Numbered from the whole stretch's first letter, positions 40,590 to 49,624 are shown. The stretch: 59,428 bases of DNA, filler included, from 5 parts of 5 records of this genome joined end to end with filler, not necessarily neighbours in it, one strand, 5' to 3'. Notes: generated from the sequence alone by a model not told the origin. Program-made: numbers and translations.

Positions 40590-41861
40590 CTGAAACTGGC
40601 GATGGAGGACTGGGCGGCGCCCATCATCGTCACTACCAATGTGCAATTGTTCGAAAGCCTGTTTGCGTCGCGGACATCGCGGGCGCGCAAGCTGCACAAT
40701 ATCGCCGGAAGCATCATCATTCTGGATGAGGCGCAGACCTTGCCGCGGCACTATCTCTTTCCGGTCATGCGGATGCTGGAGGCGCTGGCCGAACAGTATG
40801 GCTGCACCATCATCCTGTGCACGGCGACACAGCCGGCGCTTGGCGTGCGTCCGGATTTCCCGCAAGGGCTGGCGCTTGCAGGCCGCGAATTGGCGCCCGA
40901 TCCGCATGGGCTGGCGGGCAGGCTGGCGCGCGCGACCATCCGCCATGGCGGGACGATGGACAATGACGCGCTGGTTGCGGCGCTGGACGAAAACGAACAG
41001 ACGCTGGTGATTGTCAACAGTCGCCGCCATGCGCTCGAACTCTTCAGGGACGCCGAGGCGGCGCGGCTTTCCGGCCTCGTTCATCTTTCGACGCGGCTCT
41101 GCGCGGCGCACCGGCGTGAGATCCTTGGCCGTGTGAAGGCGCGGCTGAAGGCGGGCGGCACATGCCGGGTGATCGCAACCTCTCTGGTGGAGGCGGGTGT
41201 CGATATCGATTTCCCGCTTGTCTTGCGCGCCGAGGCCGGGCTGGACCAGATCGTGCAGGCGGCCGGGCGCTGCAACCGCGAGGGTGGGCGTAGGCGTGAA
41301 GAGAGCGTCGTCACGGTCTTCGATCCACCGGATTACGCACCGCCAACCGAGATCAAGGGCATGATCGGCGATATGAAACGGATGATCGACAGGCATGACG
41401 ATCTTCTGTCGCTGCCGGCGATTGAGGACTATTTCCGCGAGGTCTACTGGCGAAAGGGCGAAAAAGGGCTTGACGGCAAGGGCATTCTCGACCGGTTCAA
41501 GGTCACCCTTTCGGGCACGGATTTCGCCTATCGGTCGGTGGCGGAGGATTTCCGCATGATCGAGAGCGGCATGGAACCGGTGGTCATCCCTTATGACGAC
41601 AAGGCGCGTCAGGCTGTCGCGGATCTCGGCGTCGAGAACATTTCCTCTGGTCGACTCGCCAGAGTGTTGCAATCTTACATTGTTCAGGTGCCGCCGAAGG
41701 CGCGGGCGCTGCTTGTGACCAATGGTCATGCGCGTTTCGAGCGGCCGGACCTGCGTGGAGATCAGTTCGTGGTGCTGAAAACCGCATCGCTCTACGGGCC
41801 TGAACTGGGGCTGTTGTGGGAGGATGGGGGCTATCTGGCGGCGGAGAACATGATCTGTTGA
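40590..41861 (+). CDS. cas3: Type I-C Cas3 helicase, 5' truncated
   Basis: EDW.APIIVTTNVQLFESLF, LDEAQ, CTATQP, ATSLVEAGVDIDF and QAAGRCNREG. Confidence 0.95.
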   Translation: MKLAMEDWAAPIIVTTNVQLFESLFASRTSRARKLHNIAGSIIILDEAQTLPRHYLFPVMRMLEALAEQYGCTIILCTATQPALGVRPDFPQGLALAGRELAPDPHGLAGRLARATIRHGGTMDNDALVAALDENEQTLVIVNSRRHALELFRDAEAARLSGLVHLSTRLCAAHRREILGRVKARLKAGGTCRVIATSLVEAGVDIDFPLVLRAEAGLDQIVQAAGRCNREGGRRREESVVTVFDPPDYAPPTEIKGMIGDMKRMIDRHDDLLSLPAIEDYFREVYWRKGEKGLDGKGILDRFKVTLSGTDFAYRSVAEDFRMIESGMEPVVIPYDDKARQAVADLGVENISSGRLARVLQSYIVQVPPKARALLVTNGHARFERPDLRGDQFVVLKTASLYGPELGLLWEDGGYLAAENMIC

Positions 41862-41886
41862 CATAAAAATACTAGGAAGATATTGA
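41858..41886 (+). promoter_or_regulatory. Sigma70-type promoter overlapping the cas3 stop; also the protospacer-like target of the mini-array
   Basis: TTGACA (41858-41863)-N17-TATTGA (41881-41886); minus strand reads TTC + CTAGTATTTTTATGTCA. Confidence 0.75.
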
Positions 41887-41935
41887 AGGCGAAGTTATTG
41901 CCCCCATCTTTAGTGCACGAGCACAGGAGGTGGTA

Positions 41936-42031
41936 ATGCGACCGTTGAAACCCGAAGATTTCTCTTGGCAAGATTGGTTGCCAATTCTGTTGGCGTTTGT
42001 GGTCAAGTTTTTGATCGCGCTCTTGGGGTAA
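41936..42031 (+). CDS. Unannotated 31-aa hydrophobic peptide MRPLKPEDFSWQDWLPILLAFVVKFLIALLG, candidate CRISPR-repressed toxin
   Basis: SD AGGAGGT at 41925-41931, ATG 41936, TAA 42029-42031; single TM-like C-terminal helix. Confidence 0.7.
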   Translation: MRPLKPEDFSWQDWLPILLAFVVKFLIALLG

Positions 42032-42036
42032 TCAAT

Positions 42037-42119
42037 GTCGTCCAGTGCCTGCTGGATGTGGATCGAAACCTAGTGTTTTTTTGTCATGAGTATGTCCCTT
42101 CCTTCTTGGGAGGGGCATA
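42037..42119 (+). CRISPR. Single-spacer degenerate mini-CRISPR (crRNA-like regulatory RNA, CreA/CreR-like)
   Basis: R1 42037-42069 GTCGTCCAGTGCCTGCTGGATGTGGATCGAAAC (I-C-type ends, 7-bp stem); 24-nt spacer 42070-42093; degenerate hairpin R2 GTCCCTTCC-TTCTT-GGGAGGGGC from 42094. Confidence 0.85.
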
Positions 42120-42149
42120 GTCATTTCGATGTTGGAAGGGGAGGGGCGA

Positions 42150-42848
42150 TTGGCTTATGGAATTAGACTGAAGGTCTGGGGCGACTATGCGTGTTTTACG
42201 CGGCCCGAGATGAAGGTCGAGCGCGTTTCCTATGACGTGATGACGCCATCGGCGGCGCGCGGCATCCTGGAGGCGATCCACTGGAAGCCGGCGATCCGCT
42301 GGGTCATCGACGCCGTTCACGTGCTGGAGCCGATCCGGTTTCAGTCGATCCGCCGCAACGAGGTTGGCCACAAGGCGCCGGCCGGCAAGATCAAATCGGC
42401 GATGAAGCGCGGTGATCTGGAGGGGCTCAACCTCCTGGTCGACGAGGATCGCCAGCAGCGCGCGGCAACCGTGCTGGTAAGACCCGCCTATGTCATCGAC
42501 GCCCATTTCGAAATGACGGAAAAGGCAGGGCCGGACGACAATGAGGGCAAGCATCTCGACACGTTCAGCCGCCGTGCCCGCAAGGGGCAATGCTTCAACC
42601 AGCCCTGCCTGGGGACGCGCGAGTTCTCCGCCGCGTTTGAACTGATCGAACCGGATGATCTGATACCGCAAGCCGCCGCCGAACATCGTACCGCCAGCCT
42701 CGGTTTCGGCGCGGCGCGCGATCTGGGCTTCATGCTCTATGATATCGATCACGGTGCGGAAGGCCGCCCTTCGCTGTTCTTTCGGGCCTTGCTGAAAGAC
42801 GGCGTGGTCAAGGTGCCGCCGGCGAATTCTCCGGAGGTCAGGCGATGA
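42150..42848 (+). CDS. cas5: Type I-C Cas5 (Cas5d)
   Basis: WGDYACFTRPEMKVERVSYDVMTPSAARGILEAIHWKP; TTG start after GGAGGGG SD. Confidence 0.95.
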   Translation: MAYGIRLKVWGDYACFTRPEMKVERVSYDVMTPSAARGILEAIHWKPAIRWVIDAVHVLEPIRFQSIRRNEVGHKAPAGKIKSAMKRGDLEGLNLLVDEDRQQRAATVLVRPAYVIDAHFEMTEKAGPDDNEGKHLDTFSRRARKGQCFNQPCLGTREFSAAFELIEPDDLIPQAAAEHRTASLGFGAARDLGFMLYDIDHGAEGRPSLFFRALLKDGVVKVPPANSPEVRR

Positions 42849-44713
42849 CCATTCTCGCTTCGCTTGTGAATGCCTACGACCGGCTGTCGGACGCGCCGCC
42901 GATCGGCTTTTCATCGGAAAAGATCGGTTTCGTCATCGCGTTGAATGAAGATGGCAGCGTTGCCAGTGTCAGCGATCTCAGGGAAGGCGAGGGCAAAAGG
43001 ATGCGCGCCCGGCAGATGCTGGTGCCGCAACCGGTGAAGCGGACAGCGGGCGTCGCGCCCAATTTCCTCTGGGACAAGACATCTTATGTTCTGGGCGTGA
43101 CCGCCGGCGAGGGCAAGCGCACGGCCGATGAGCACGCGGCTTTTGTCGAACGGCATCTGACCGACCTTGGCGGCACTGATGATGCCGGGCTCAGAGCATT
43201 GCTGTCCTTTCTGCAATCCTGGACGCCCGAACGTTTTGGCGAGCAGGGCTGGCCGGAGGACGTGAAGGACCAGAACGTCATTTTTGCGCTGGAGAGCGAT
43301 CGGCTCGCCCATATCTATCTCCATGACCGGCCGGCGGCAAAGGCGCTGTGGGCTCGCCTCTCGACAGCGGGCGATGCCGGTGACCAGATTTGCCTGGTAA
43401 CGGGCGATAAAATGCCGCCTGCCCGGCTTCATCCCTCAATCAAGGGAGTGTGGGGCGCGCAATCTTCCGGCGCGGCACTCGTCTCCTTCAATCTCGACGC
43501 CTTCACCTCCTACGGCCATGAACAGGGCGCCAATGCCCCCGTTTCAGAAATCGCCGCCTTCAAATACACCACGGTCCTCAACCGCTTTCTCGAACGCGAC
43601 AGCGGCCACCGGGTGCAGATCGGCGATACCTCCACGGTGTTCTGGGCTGATGCGCGTGACATGAAACGGGCGGAGGAGGCGGAAGGATGGGCGGCCTATA
43701 TGCTTGATGCGTCACCGACCTCCGACGATGACAAGGCCGGCAACCGGCAAATCGAAATCAAACTCAAGCGTCTGGCCAAAGGTGAACATCTAAGCGTGAT
43801 CGAACCAGAGCTTGCCAAGGACGTTCGCTTTTATGTGCTTGCCCTGTCTCCCAACGCAGCACGCCTATCCGTGCGGTTTTACTTCAAGGATAGTTTTGGT
43901 GTGGTCGCCGATAACTACGCTGACTATCTGCGCGATATCGCTTTGGAGCCCTGGCCGGAGGGTCGAATTCGGCCTTCTATTTCCCGCGCTGTTCTGCGAA
44001 CAGCACCGGCGAGAATTGACAGGACCGGAAAGGTCACTTTTGACCGGGAGCAGATTTCCGCTTTGCTTTCTGGGGAGTTGCTCAGAGCCATTTTGACGGG
44101 AGGGCGGTTTCCGGCTGCTCTTCTTGGTCTGCTGCTGATGCGCGTTCGTAGCGATCACGTTCTAGACAGTGTGCGAATTGCTCTGATCAAAGCTGTCATC
44201 ATTCGTATGATGCGGCTTGAAAAACGTCTGCCGCCCGGTTTCGACGGCGATCCCAACAAGGAGTATCTGATGCGTTCCGACCCGGACGATCCCAATCCCG
44301 CCCGCCGTGCCGGGCGCCTGTTTGCCGTGATCGAACGAGCGCAGCTTACCGCGCTCGGCGATGACATCAATGCTACCGTCAAGGACAAGTTTCTGAGTTC
44401 GGCTGCCGCCACGCCCGGTCAGGTCTTTCCTGGCATCCTGAAGAATGCGCAAAATCATATCAAGCGCCTTCGCAACGGTCATTCCGATGCGAAATGGATA
44501 AAGGACAGTCGTCACGCCAAGAAAATGGCGGCGATACTCGACAGGGATATCGGCAAGCTTGTCGCGAGTTTCAATGACAGTTTTCCCGAGCAACATTCGA
44601 ACGAAGAGCAAGGGCTTTTTTTCATCGGCTATTATCAGGAGCGCTTCGGCAAGGGTTCCAGCGATGAACCGACGGACGAGATCGCCGCTTTCGAAACCGA
44701 TACGCAGGAGTGA
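42845..44713 (+). CDS. cas8c: Type I-C Cas8c/Csd1
   Basis: PNFLWDKTSYVLG, CLVTG...ARLHPSIKGV, LVSFN..AF.SYG..QG.NAPVS and LSPNAARLSVRF. Confidence 0.95.
   Translation: MTILASLVNAYDRLSDAPPIGFSSEKIGFVIALNEDGSVASVSDLREGEGKRMRARQMLVPQPVKRTAGVAPNFLWDKTSYVLGVTAGEGKRTADEHAAFVERHLTDLGGTDDAGLRALLSFLQSWTPERFGEQGWPEDVKDQNVIFALESDRLAHIYLHDRPAAKALWARLSTAGDAGDQICLVTGDKMPPARLHPSIKGVWGAQSSGAALVSFNLDAFTSYGHEQGANAPVSEIAAFKYTTVLNRFLERDSGHRVQIGDTSTVFWADARDMKRAEEAEGWAAYMLDASPTSDDDKAGNRQIEIKLKRLAKGEHLSVIEPELAKDVRFYVLALSPNAARLSVRFYFKDSFGVVADNYADYLRDIALEPWPEGRIRPSISRAVLRTAPARIDRTGKVTFDREQISALLSGELLRAILTGGRFPAALLGLLLMRVRSDHVLDSVRIALIKAVIIRMMRLEKRLPPGFDGDPNKEYLMRSDPDDPNPARRAGRLFAVIERAQLTALGDDINATVKDKFLSSAAATPGQVFPGILKNAQNHIKRLRNGHSDAKWIKDSRHAKKMAAILDRDIGKLVASFNDSFPEQHSNEEQGLFFIGYYQERFGKGSSDEPTDEIAAFETDTQE
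44270..44713 (+). CDS. cas11: Cas11c small subunit, internal in-frame start within cas8c
   Basis: AAGGAG at 44258-44263 followed by in-frame ATG 44270; GRLFAVIE.AQ and F.IGYYQ motifs. Confidence 0.7.
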   Translation: MRSDPDDPNPARRAGRLFAVIERAQLTALGDDINATVKDKFLSSAAATPGQVFPGILKNAQNHIKRLRNGHSDAKWIKDSRHAKKMAAILDRDIGKLVASFNDSFPEQHSNEEQGLFFIGYYQERFGKGSSDEPTDEIAAFETDTQE

Positions 44714-44718
44714 GAAAA

Positions 44719-45594
44719 ATGGACCCTATCCAAGGCCGATATGACTTCGTCTACCTTTTCGATATCGTCAACGGCAACCCGAACGGCGACCCGGATAACG
44801 GCAACATGCCCCGTGTCGAGATCAACAGCCAGAAAGGGCTTGTGACGGATGTTTGCCTGAAGCGCAAGATCCGAAACTATGTGGATCTGGTCAAGCAGCG
44901 GGAACCGCCTTACGCCATTTACATGCAGGAAAAGGCGGTCCTGAATAATCAAAACCGGCTTGCCTATGAGGCGCTTGATATAAAACCGGAAACAAAAAAA
45001 CTACCGAAAGACGAACAGCAGGCTCGCGATATCACGGCTTGGATGTGCCGCAATTTTTACGACGTCCGTACCTTTGGTGCGGTGATGACCACAGAAGTGA
45101 ATTCCGGGCAGGTTCGCGGCCCCGTTCAACTGGGGTTTTCGCAGTCGATTGATCCTATTTTGCCACAGGAAATCACGATTACCCGTTCTTCCGTTACCAA
45201 TGAGCGTGACGCCGAAAAAGAACGGACCATGGGGCGGAAATATATCATTCCCTACGGTCTCTATCGCTGCCACGGTTTCATCTCCGCCAGTCTTGCAGGT
45301 GACAGCAAAAAGGGAACCGGTTTTGGTCAGGATGATCTCGATCTGCTCTTTGATGCGCTGATAAACATGTTCGAGAATGACCGTTCGGCCGCTCGAATGG
45401 AAATGAATGCACAGTCGCTCATAGTCTTTAAGCACAGCAATGCACTGGGTAATGCTCCGGCACAGAAGCTTTTTAAGCGGGTGAAGGTCGAAAAGAGACC
45501 CGAGGTGAAGGTTGCTAGTTCTTTCTCCGACTACATCGTCGAGATCGACCGCGACAATCTGCCGGACGGTGTCGAGATCATCGAGAAGCTCTGA
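44719..45594 (+). CDS. cas7: Type I-C Cas7/Csd2
   Basis: NGNPNGDPDNGNMPR, TDVCLKRKIRNYV and DVRTFGAVM. Confidence 0.95.
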   Translation: MDPIQGRYDFVYLFDIVNGNPNGDPDNGNMPRVEINSQKGLVTDVCLKRKIRNYVDLVKQREPPYAIYMQEKAVLNNQNRLAYEALDIKPETKKLPKDEQQARDITAWMCRNFYDVRTFGAVMTTEVNSGQVRGPVQLGFSQSIDPILPQEITITRSSVTNERDAEKERTMGRKYIIPYGLYRCHGFISASLAGDSKKGTGFGQDDLDLLFDALINMFENDRSAARMEMNAQSLIVFKHSNALGNAPAQKLFKRVKVEKRPEVKVASSFSDYIVEIDRDNLPDGVEIIEKL

Positions 45595-45597
45595 GCC

Positions 45598-45957
45598 ATG
45601 GCGGGGGCGGTGGGAGCGGGAGCGGACATGGGAGCAGGCGAGCCCATGCCCATTTCAGCGCTTCAGCATGCGGTCTACTGCCTGAGGCAGGCCGCCCTCA
45701 TCCATCTGGAGCGGGTCTGGGTGGATAACCGGTTTACGGCGGAGGGCGATGTGCTGCACGCGGTGGCAGACAAGGGCGGCAAGCGCAAGGCGAGGGGGCT
45801 TCGCCGGGTGATGGCGTTGCCGGTGGCCAGCCGGCGGCTCAATATTTCGGGCATTGCCGATATGGTGGAGTTTCAACTCTCCCCCGATGGCCGCGAAACC
45901 GCCTTTCCGGTGGAATACAAACGCGGTAAGGCCAAGCTTCACCGCGCCGACGAGGTG
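45598..45957 (+). CDS. cas4: Cas4, 3' truncated
   Basis: ISALQH..YC.RQAALIHLE.VW.DN and ADMVEF...PVEYKRGK. Confidence 0.92.
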
Positions 45958-46057
45958 NNNNNNNNNNNNNNNNNNNNNNNNNNNNNNNNNNNNNNNNNNN
46001 NTTAATTAATTAANNNNNNNNNNNNNNNNNNNNNNNNNNNNNNNNNNNNNNNNNNNN
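45958..46057. other. Artificial contig spacer
   Basis: 44 N + TTAATTAATTAA + 44 N. Confidence 0.98.
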
Positions 46058-46104
46058 CCCTTCTCCCCTTGTGGGAGAAGGTGCCCGCAGGGCGGATGAG
46101 GGGT
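46058..46104. repeat. Rhizobiales-type intergenic palindromic (REP/RIME-like) element
   Basis: CCTTCTCCC-CTTGT-GGGAGAAGG...GGCGGATGAGGGG at the contig end. Confidence 0.65.
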
Positions 46105-46108
46105 GTCT

Positions 46109-47146
46109 TTATGCAATCGGCGGATAAGCGTGTTCCCCGCCTTGCCAGTCGCGCACCGTAAAACACCCGTCCGACCCGGTGATCGACACCGCGCCGATAT
46201 CGGCCTTGCCATATCCGCCTGGAATATCGAGCACATAGACCGGCTGGCACAGGCCCGAAATCCGCCCGCGCAGCGCCTGCACGAGCCTTTGCCCTGCCTC
46301 GACACTCACGCGGAAATGCCCTGTGCCCGGCGCCAGGTCGGGGTGGTGCAGATAATAGGGCTTGATCCGGTTTTCGACGAAGCCGCGCATCAGGCTGGCA
46401 AGCGTCTCGACATCGTCATTGACGCCCTTGAGCAGAACGCTCTGGCTGATCAGCGCGATATTGCCTGCGAGCAATCGGTCAAACCCAGCCTTCGCCGCCG
46501 CCGTCAGTTCGCGCGGATGATTGGCATGCACCGCCAGATAGGTTGTCTTGCCGCTCGCGGTCAGTGCAGCCACCATCTCGTCATCAATCCGCTCCGGTTC
46601 CACCACCGGCACCCGCGTGTGAAAGCGGACGATTTTGACATGCTCGATGCCCGCCAGCCGCTCCATCAGGTCACGCAACCGGCGCGGCGACAACACCAGC
46701 GGATCACCTCCGGTCAGGATCACTTCCCAGATTTCGTGATGCGCCGCGATATAGCCAATGGCCGCATCCAGCTCTGCCGGACTCAGCGTCCCCAGCCCCT
46801 GCGGCCCCACCATTTCGCGTCGAAAGCAGAACCGGCAATAGACCGGGCACACATGCACGGCCTTGAGCAAGACCCGGTCGGGATAGCGATGCACGATCCC
46901 TTCCAGCGGCGAATGGGCAAGATCACCAATCGGATCGGCCCGCTCCTCCGGCATCGTGGTCAACTCGTCGGCCGTGGGCACGAACTGCCGCGCAATCGGA
47001 TCGTCCGCATCGTTCGGATCGATCAGGTCCAGCACCGCCGGAGTAATGCCGATGGCATATTTTTCGCCAACCTTGTCGAGCGCGGCGTCCGGCGCAACAA
47101 GCCTGGCGGCCTTCAGGTCCGTGACTGATTTGAGCGCCCCGCTCAT
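46109..47146 (-). CDS. epmB: Lysine 2,3-aminomutase-like radical SAM protein for EF-P modification
   Basis: HRYPDRVLL..VHVCPVYCRFCFRR and TGGDPL; adjacent to epmA and efp. Confidence 0.88.
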   Translation of the reverse strand: MSGALKSVTDLKAARLVAPDAALDKVGEKYAIGITPAVLDLIDPNDADDPIARQFVPTADELTTMPEERADPIGDLAHSPLEGIVHRYPDRVLLKAVHVCPVYCRFCFRREMVGPQGLGTLSPAELDAAIGYIAAHHEIWEVILTGGDPLVLSPRRLRDLMERLAGIEHVKIVRFHTRVPVVEPERIDDEMVAALTASGKTTYLAVHANHPRELTAAAKAGFDRLLAGNIALISQSVLLKGVNDDVETLASLMRGFVENRIKPYYLHHPDLAPGTGHFRVSVEAGQRLVQALRGRISGLCQPVYVLDIPGGYGKADIGAVSITGSDGCFTVRDWQGGEHAYPPIA

Positions 47147-48192
47147 TCTGCCACCGGTGCCCACAGCACCGCCTCGATTCGCTGCGCGCCGGTGGCCAGC
47201 ATCACCAGCCGGTCAAAGCCCAGGGCAACCCCGCTGGCCTCGGGCATGAACGCAAGCGCGGCCAGGAAATCCTCCTCGATCGGATATCGCTCTCCATAGA
47301 GACGCTGCTTTTCGGCCATTTCCGCCTCGAACCGCGATCGCTGCTCAACGGCATCGGTCAATTCGCCAAAGCCATTGGCCAGCTCGACCCCGCACGCATA
47401 AACCTCGAAACGTTCCGACACCCGCGCATCCCCCGGCACCCGCCGCGCCAGCGCCGCCTCGCAGGCAGGATAACGGTCGAGCACCGTCACGCGCCCATTG
47501 CCCAGCTCCGGTTCAATCTTCTCCACCAGCACATGCGTAAACAGATAACTCCAGCGCCGATCCTCCGGCAAAGCCATGCCCACCCGCAGCACCTGCTCGG
47601 CCAGCGCCGCATCATCGGGCACCCCATCGCCATCCATGGTCGCCAACAGGTCGATGCCCGCAAAGCGCTCAAACGCCTCGGCCACACTGATCCGCTCCGC
47701 CTCGGCAAGCGGATCGCACACCCGGTCGCGAAATGTGAAGCCTGATATTCCCGTCACCTCTGCCGCCAGCCGAATGATCGCGAGTGTATCGGCAATGATC
47801 GCCTCATAGGGCGCGCCCGCCCGATACCATTCGAGCATGGTGAATTCGGGATGGTGTAGCGCGCTGCGCTCGCGATTGCGCCAGACATGCTGCAGGCTTG
47901 CAATCCTGGTCTCCCCGGCCGCCAGCAGCTTCTTCATGGTGAATTCGGGAGAGGTATGCAGATACATCGTCTGCCCCACCCCATCATTGCCGATCATCTG
48001 CGTGCCAAAGGCATGCAGATGCGTCTCGTTGCCGGGCGAGCGCTGCAGCCCCGGCGGATCGACAACCAGGAAGTCCCGTTCGGCCAGCCAGCCGCGCACT
48101 TTGGCCTCGATGCGCGACCGGGCCAGCAGCGCCGGCCGCCGGTCGGCATGGCGGTCGGGATGCCACCAGGGCGATGTCTGGAATTCCGTCAT
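47143..48192 (-). CDS. epmA: EF-P lysine aminoacylase
   Basis: [42 protein letters not shown] and GVALGFDRL. Confidence 0.93.
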   Translation of the reverse strand: MTEFQTSPWWHPDRHADRRPALLARSRIEAKVRGWLAERDFLVVDPPGLQRSPGNETHLHAFGTQMIGNDGVGQTMYLHTSPEFTMKKLLAAGETRIASLQHVWRNRERSALHHPEFTMLEWYRAGAPYEAIIADTLAIIRLAAEVTGISGFTFRDRVCDPLAEAERISVAEAFERFAGIDLLATMDGDGVPDDAALAEQVLRVGMALPEDRRWSYLFTHVLVEKIEPELGNGRVTVLDRYPACEAALARRVPGDARVSERFEVYACGVELANGFGELTDAVEQRSRFEAEMAEKQRLYGERYPIEEDFLAALAFMPEASGVALGFDRLVMLATGAQRIEAVLWAPVAE

Positions 48193-48323
48193 TGAAGGGT
48201 TTCTTGCCGTCCGGTCTGGCGAAAGGGCGCGGAATAGGGTATCGGGCGCACCACATATGCATATTCCGGCGCCCGGACGGCCCTGCCTCTAGCCCGCGCC
48301 AACGATACGAACAAGGAAGAAAT

Positions 48324-48893
48324 ATGGTCAAGGTCATCGCCTCGTCGCTGCGCAAAGGCAATGTCGTCGAGCAGGACGGCAATCTGCACGTCGTGCTGAC
48401 GGCGGAAAACGTCCACCCCGGCAAGGGTAATTCGATCACCAACGTCAACATGCGCCGCATCACCGACGGCGTGAAGGTCGTTGGTCGCTGGCGCACCGTC
48501 GAAATGGTCGAAAAGGCCGACGTGGACGATCGCGAATACGACTATCTGTATTCCGATGGCGAGGGACACCACTTCATGGAGCCCCAGACCTATGAGCAGA
48601 TCACCGTCCCCGACGACGTGATTGGCGATCAAAAGGCCTATCTCTCCGATGGCATGAAGGTGCATCTGATGACCCATGAGGGCATCGCGCTCTCCATGGA
48701 GCTGCCGCAGCGCCTGACATTCGAAATCGTCGAGACCGAGCCCGTGGTGAAGGGGCAGACCGCCTCTTCCTCCTATAAGCCCGCCGTCCTCAACAATGGC
48801 CTGCGCGTCATGGTCCCGCCCCATATCGGCACCGGCACCCGCATCGTCATCCTCACCGAAGACAACACCTACGTCGAACGCGCGAAGGACTGA
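48324..48893 (+). CDS. efp: Elongation factor P
   Basis: PGKG loop and VKGQTA..SYKPA...G..V.VP; start reassigned to MVKVIAS. Confidence 0.95.
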   Translation: MVKVIASSLRKGNVVEQDGNLHVVLTAENVHPGKGNSITNVNMRRITDGVKVVGRWRTVEMVEKADVDDREYDYLYSDGEGHHFMEPQTYEQITVPDDVIGDQKAYLSDGMKVHLMTHEGIALSMELPQRLTFEIVETEPVVKGQTASSSYKPAVLNNGLRVMVPPHIGTGTRIVILTEDNTYVERAKD

Positions 48894-48960
48894 AGTCCGG
48901 CGCCGCTGCGCGGCGTCAAAACCCTCCAGTGGAGGGTTTTGAGGACTTCAGGCCCGGAGA
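48891..48960. repeat. Nested palindromic intergenic element
   Basis: TGAAGTCC...GGACTTCA enclosing CGCCGC/GCGGCG and TCAAAACCCTCCA-G-TGGAGGGTTTTGA. Confidence 0.6.
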
Positions 48961-49000
48961 CCTATGGTCGAAGGGCCCAGCTCATCAACAAGCACAATAC

Positions 49001-49032
49001 AAAACGGACCCCTGAGGGCCCGTTTTCTTTTT
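49001..49032 (+). terminator. Probable terminator between convergent efp and ferritin-like genes
   Basis: AAACGGACCC/GGGCCCGTTTT hairpin followed by T-tract. Confidence 0.55.
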
Positions 49033-49033
49033 C

Positions 49034-49525
49034 CTACGCTGCGGCCTTCAAGTTCACCGAACTCTTGGCCAATTTGGTCAGCTTCTCGTCGGTTGCTTCT
49101 TCTTCCTTGAGCGTTTCAAGGAACAATTCGAGCGCTTCGGTGTGCCCAAGCTGCTTGGCCCACGTCGCCAGTGTGCCATAACGGGCAATCTCATAGTGCT
49201 CGACCGCCTGGGCCGCCGAGACCAGCCCGGCATCAAGCGCCTGGGTCCCCTTGAACTCGTCCATAATCTCCTTGCCCTCCTCGATAATGCCGAGAATGGC
49301 ATCGCAGGTCTTGCCGCGCGGGTTCTTGCCGAGCAGTTCGAAGACTTTTTCAAGCCGTTCGACATGCACCTCAGTTTCCGCCTGGTGCTGCTCGAACCCG
49401 GCCTTCAGGTCAGGCGACACGGCGGCCTTCGCCATCTTGGGCAAGGCCTTCAGAATGTGCCGTTCGGCGAAATAGATGTCTTTGAGCGTATCGAAAAACA
49501 GGTCGTCCAGTTGCTTTTCAGCCAT
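49034..49525 (-). CDS. YciE/YciF (DUF892) ferritin-like protein
   Basis: LKDIYFAE...KALPKM and AAQAVEHYEIARYGTL. Confidence 0.9.
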   Translation of the reverse strand: MAEKQLDDLFFDTLKDIYFAERHILKALPKMAKAAVSPDLKAGFEQHQAETEVHVERLEKVFELLGKNPRGKTCDAILGIIEEGKEIMDEFKGTQALDAGLVSAAQAVEHYEIARYGTLATWAKQLGHTEALELFLETLKEEEATDEKLTKLAKSSVNLKAAA

Positions 49526-49624
49526 TTGTCTTCAGCTCCAGTTCGTATTGGAATGATGACGCTGGCTCTGCAACGGCGCCACCGAACCGAAGTTCCGGCG
49601 CCGCCCGATCACATCTGAAATGCC

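Noticed and set aside
41936-41950. CreT-type tRNA-sequestering RNA toxin (ATG followed by rare CGA)
   Set aside because: Only one rare codon and no early stop; a 31-codon hydrophobic ORF fits a peptide better, although RNA-level toxicity is not excluded
40590-45957. Canonical multi-spacer CRISPR array and cas1/cas2
   Set aside because: Not visible; the contig ends inside cas4. Only the single-spacer degenerate element was found, so R1 cannot be compared with the host's canonical repeat
34316-45957. Integron cassettes and CRISPR-Cas as one defence island
   Set aside because: They lie on different contigs with different composition, separated by an artificial spacer
20789-46057. TTAATTAATTAA repeated four times inside N-runs
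   Set aside because: Artificial all-frame-stop contig spacers; ORFs running into X are truncated, not biological fusions
48174-48893. N-terminally extended EF-P
   Set aside because: SD (AAGGA) and homology support the start at 48324
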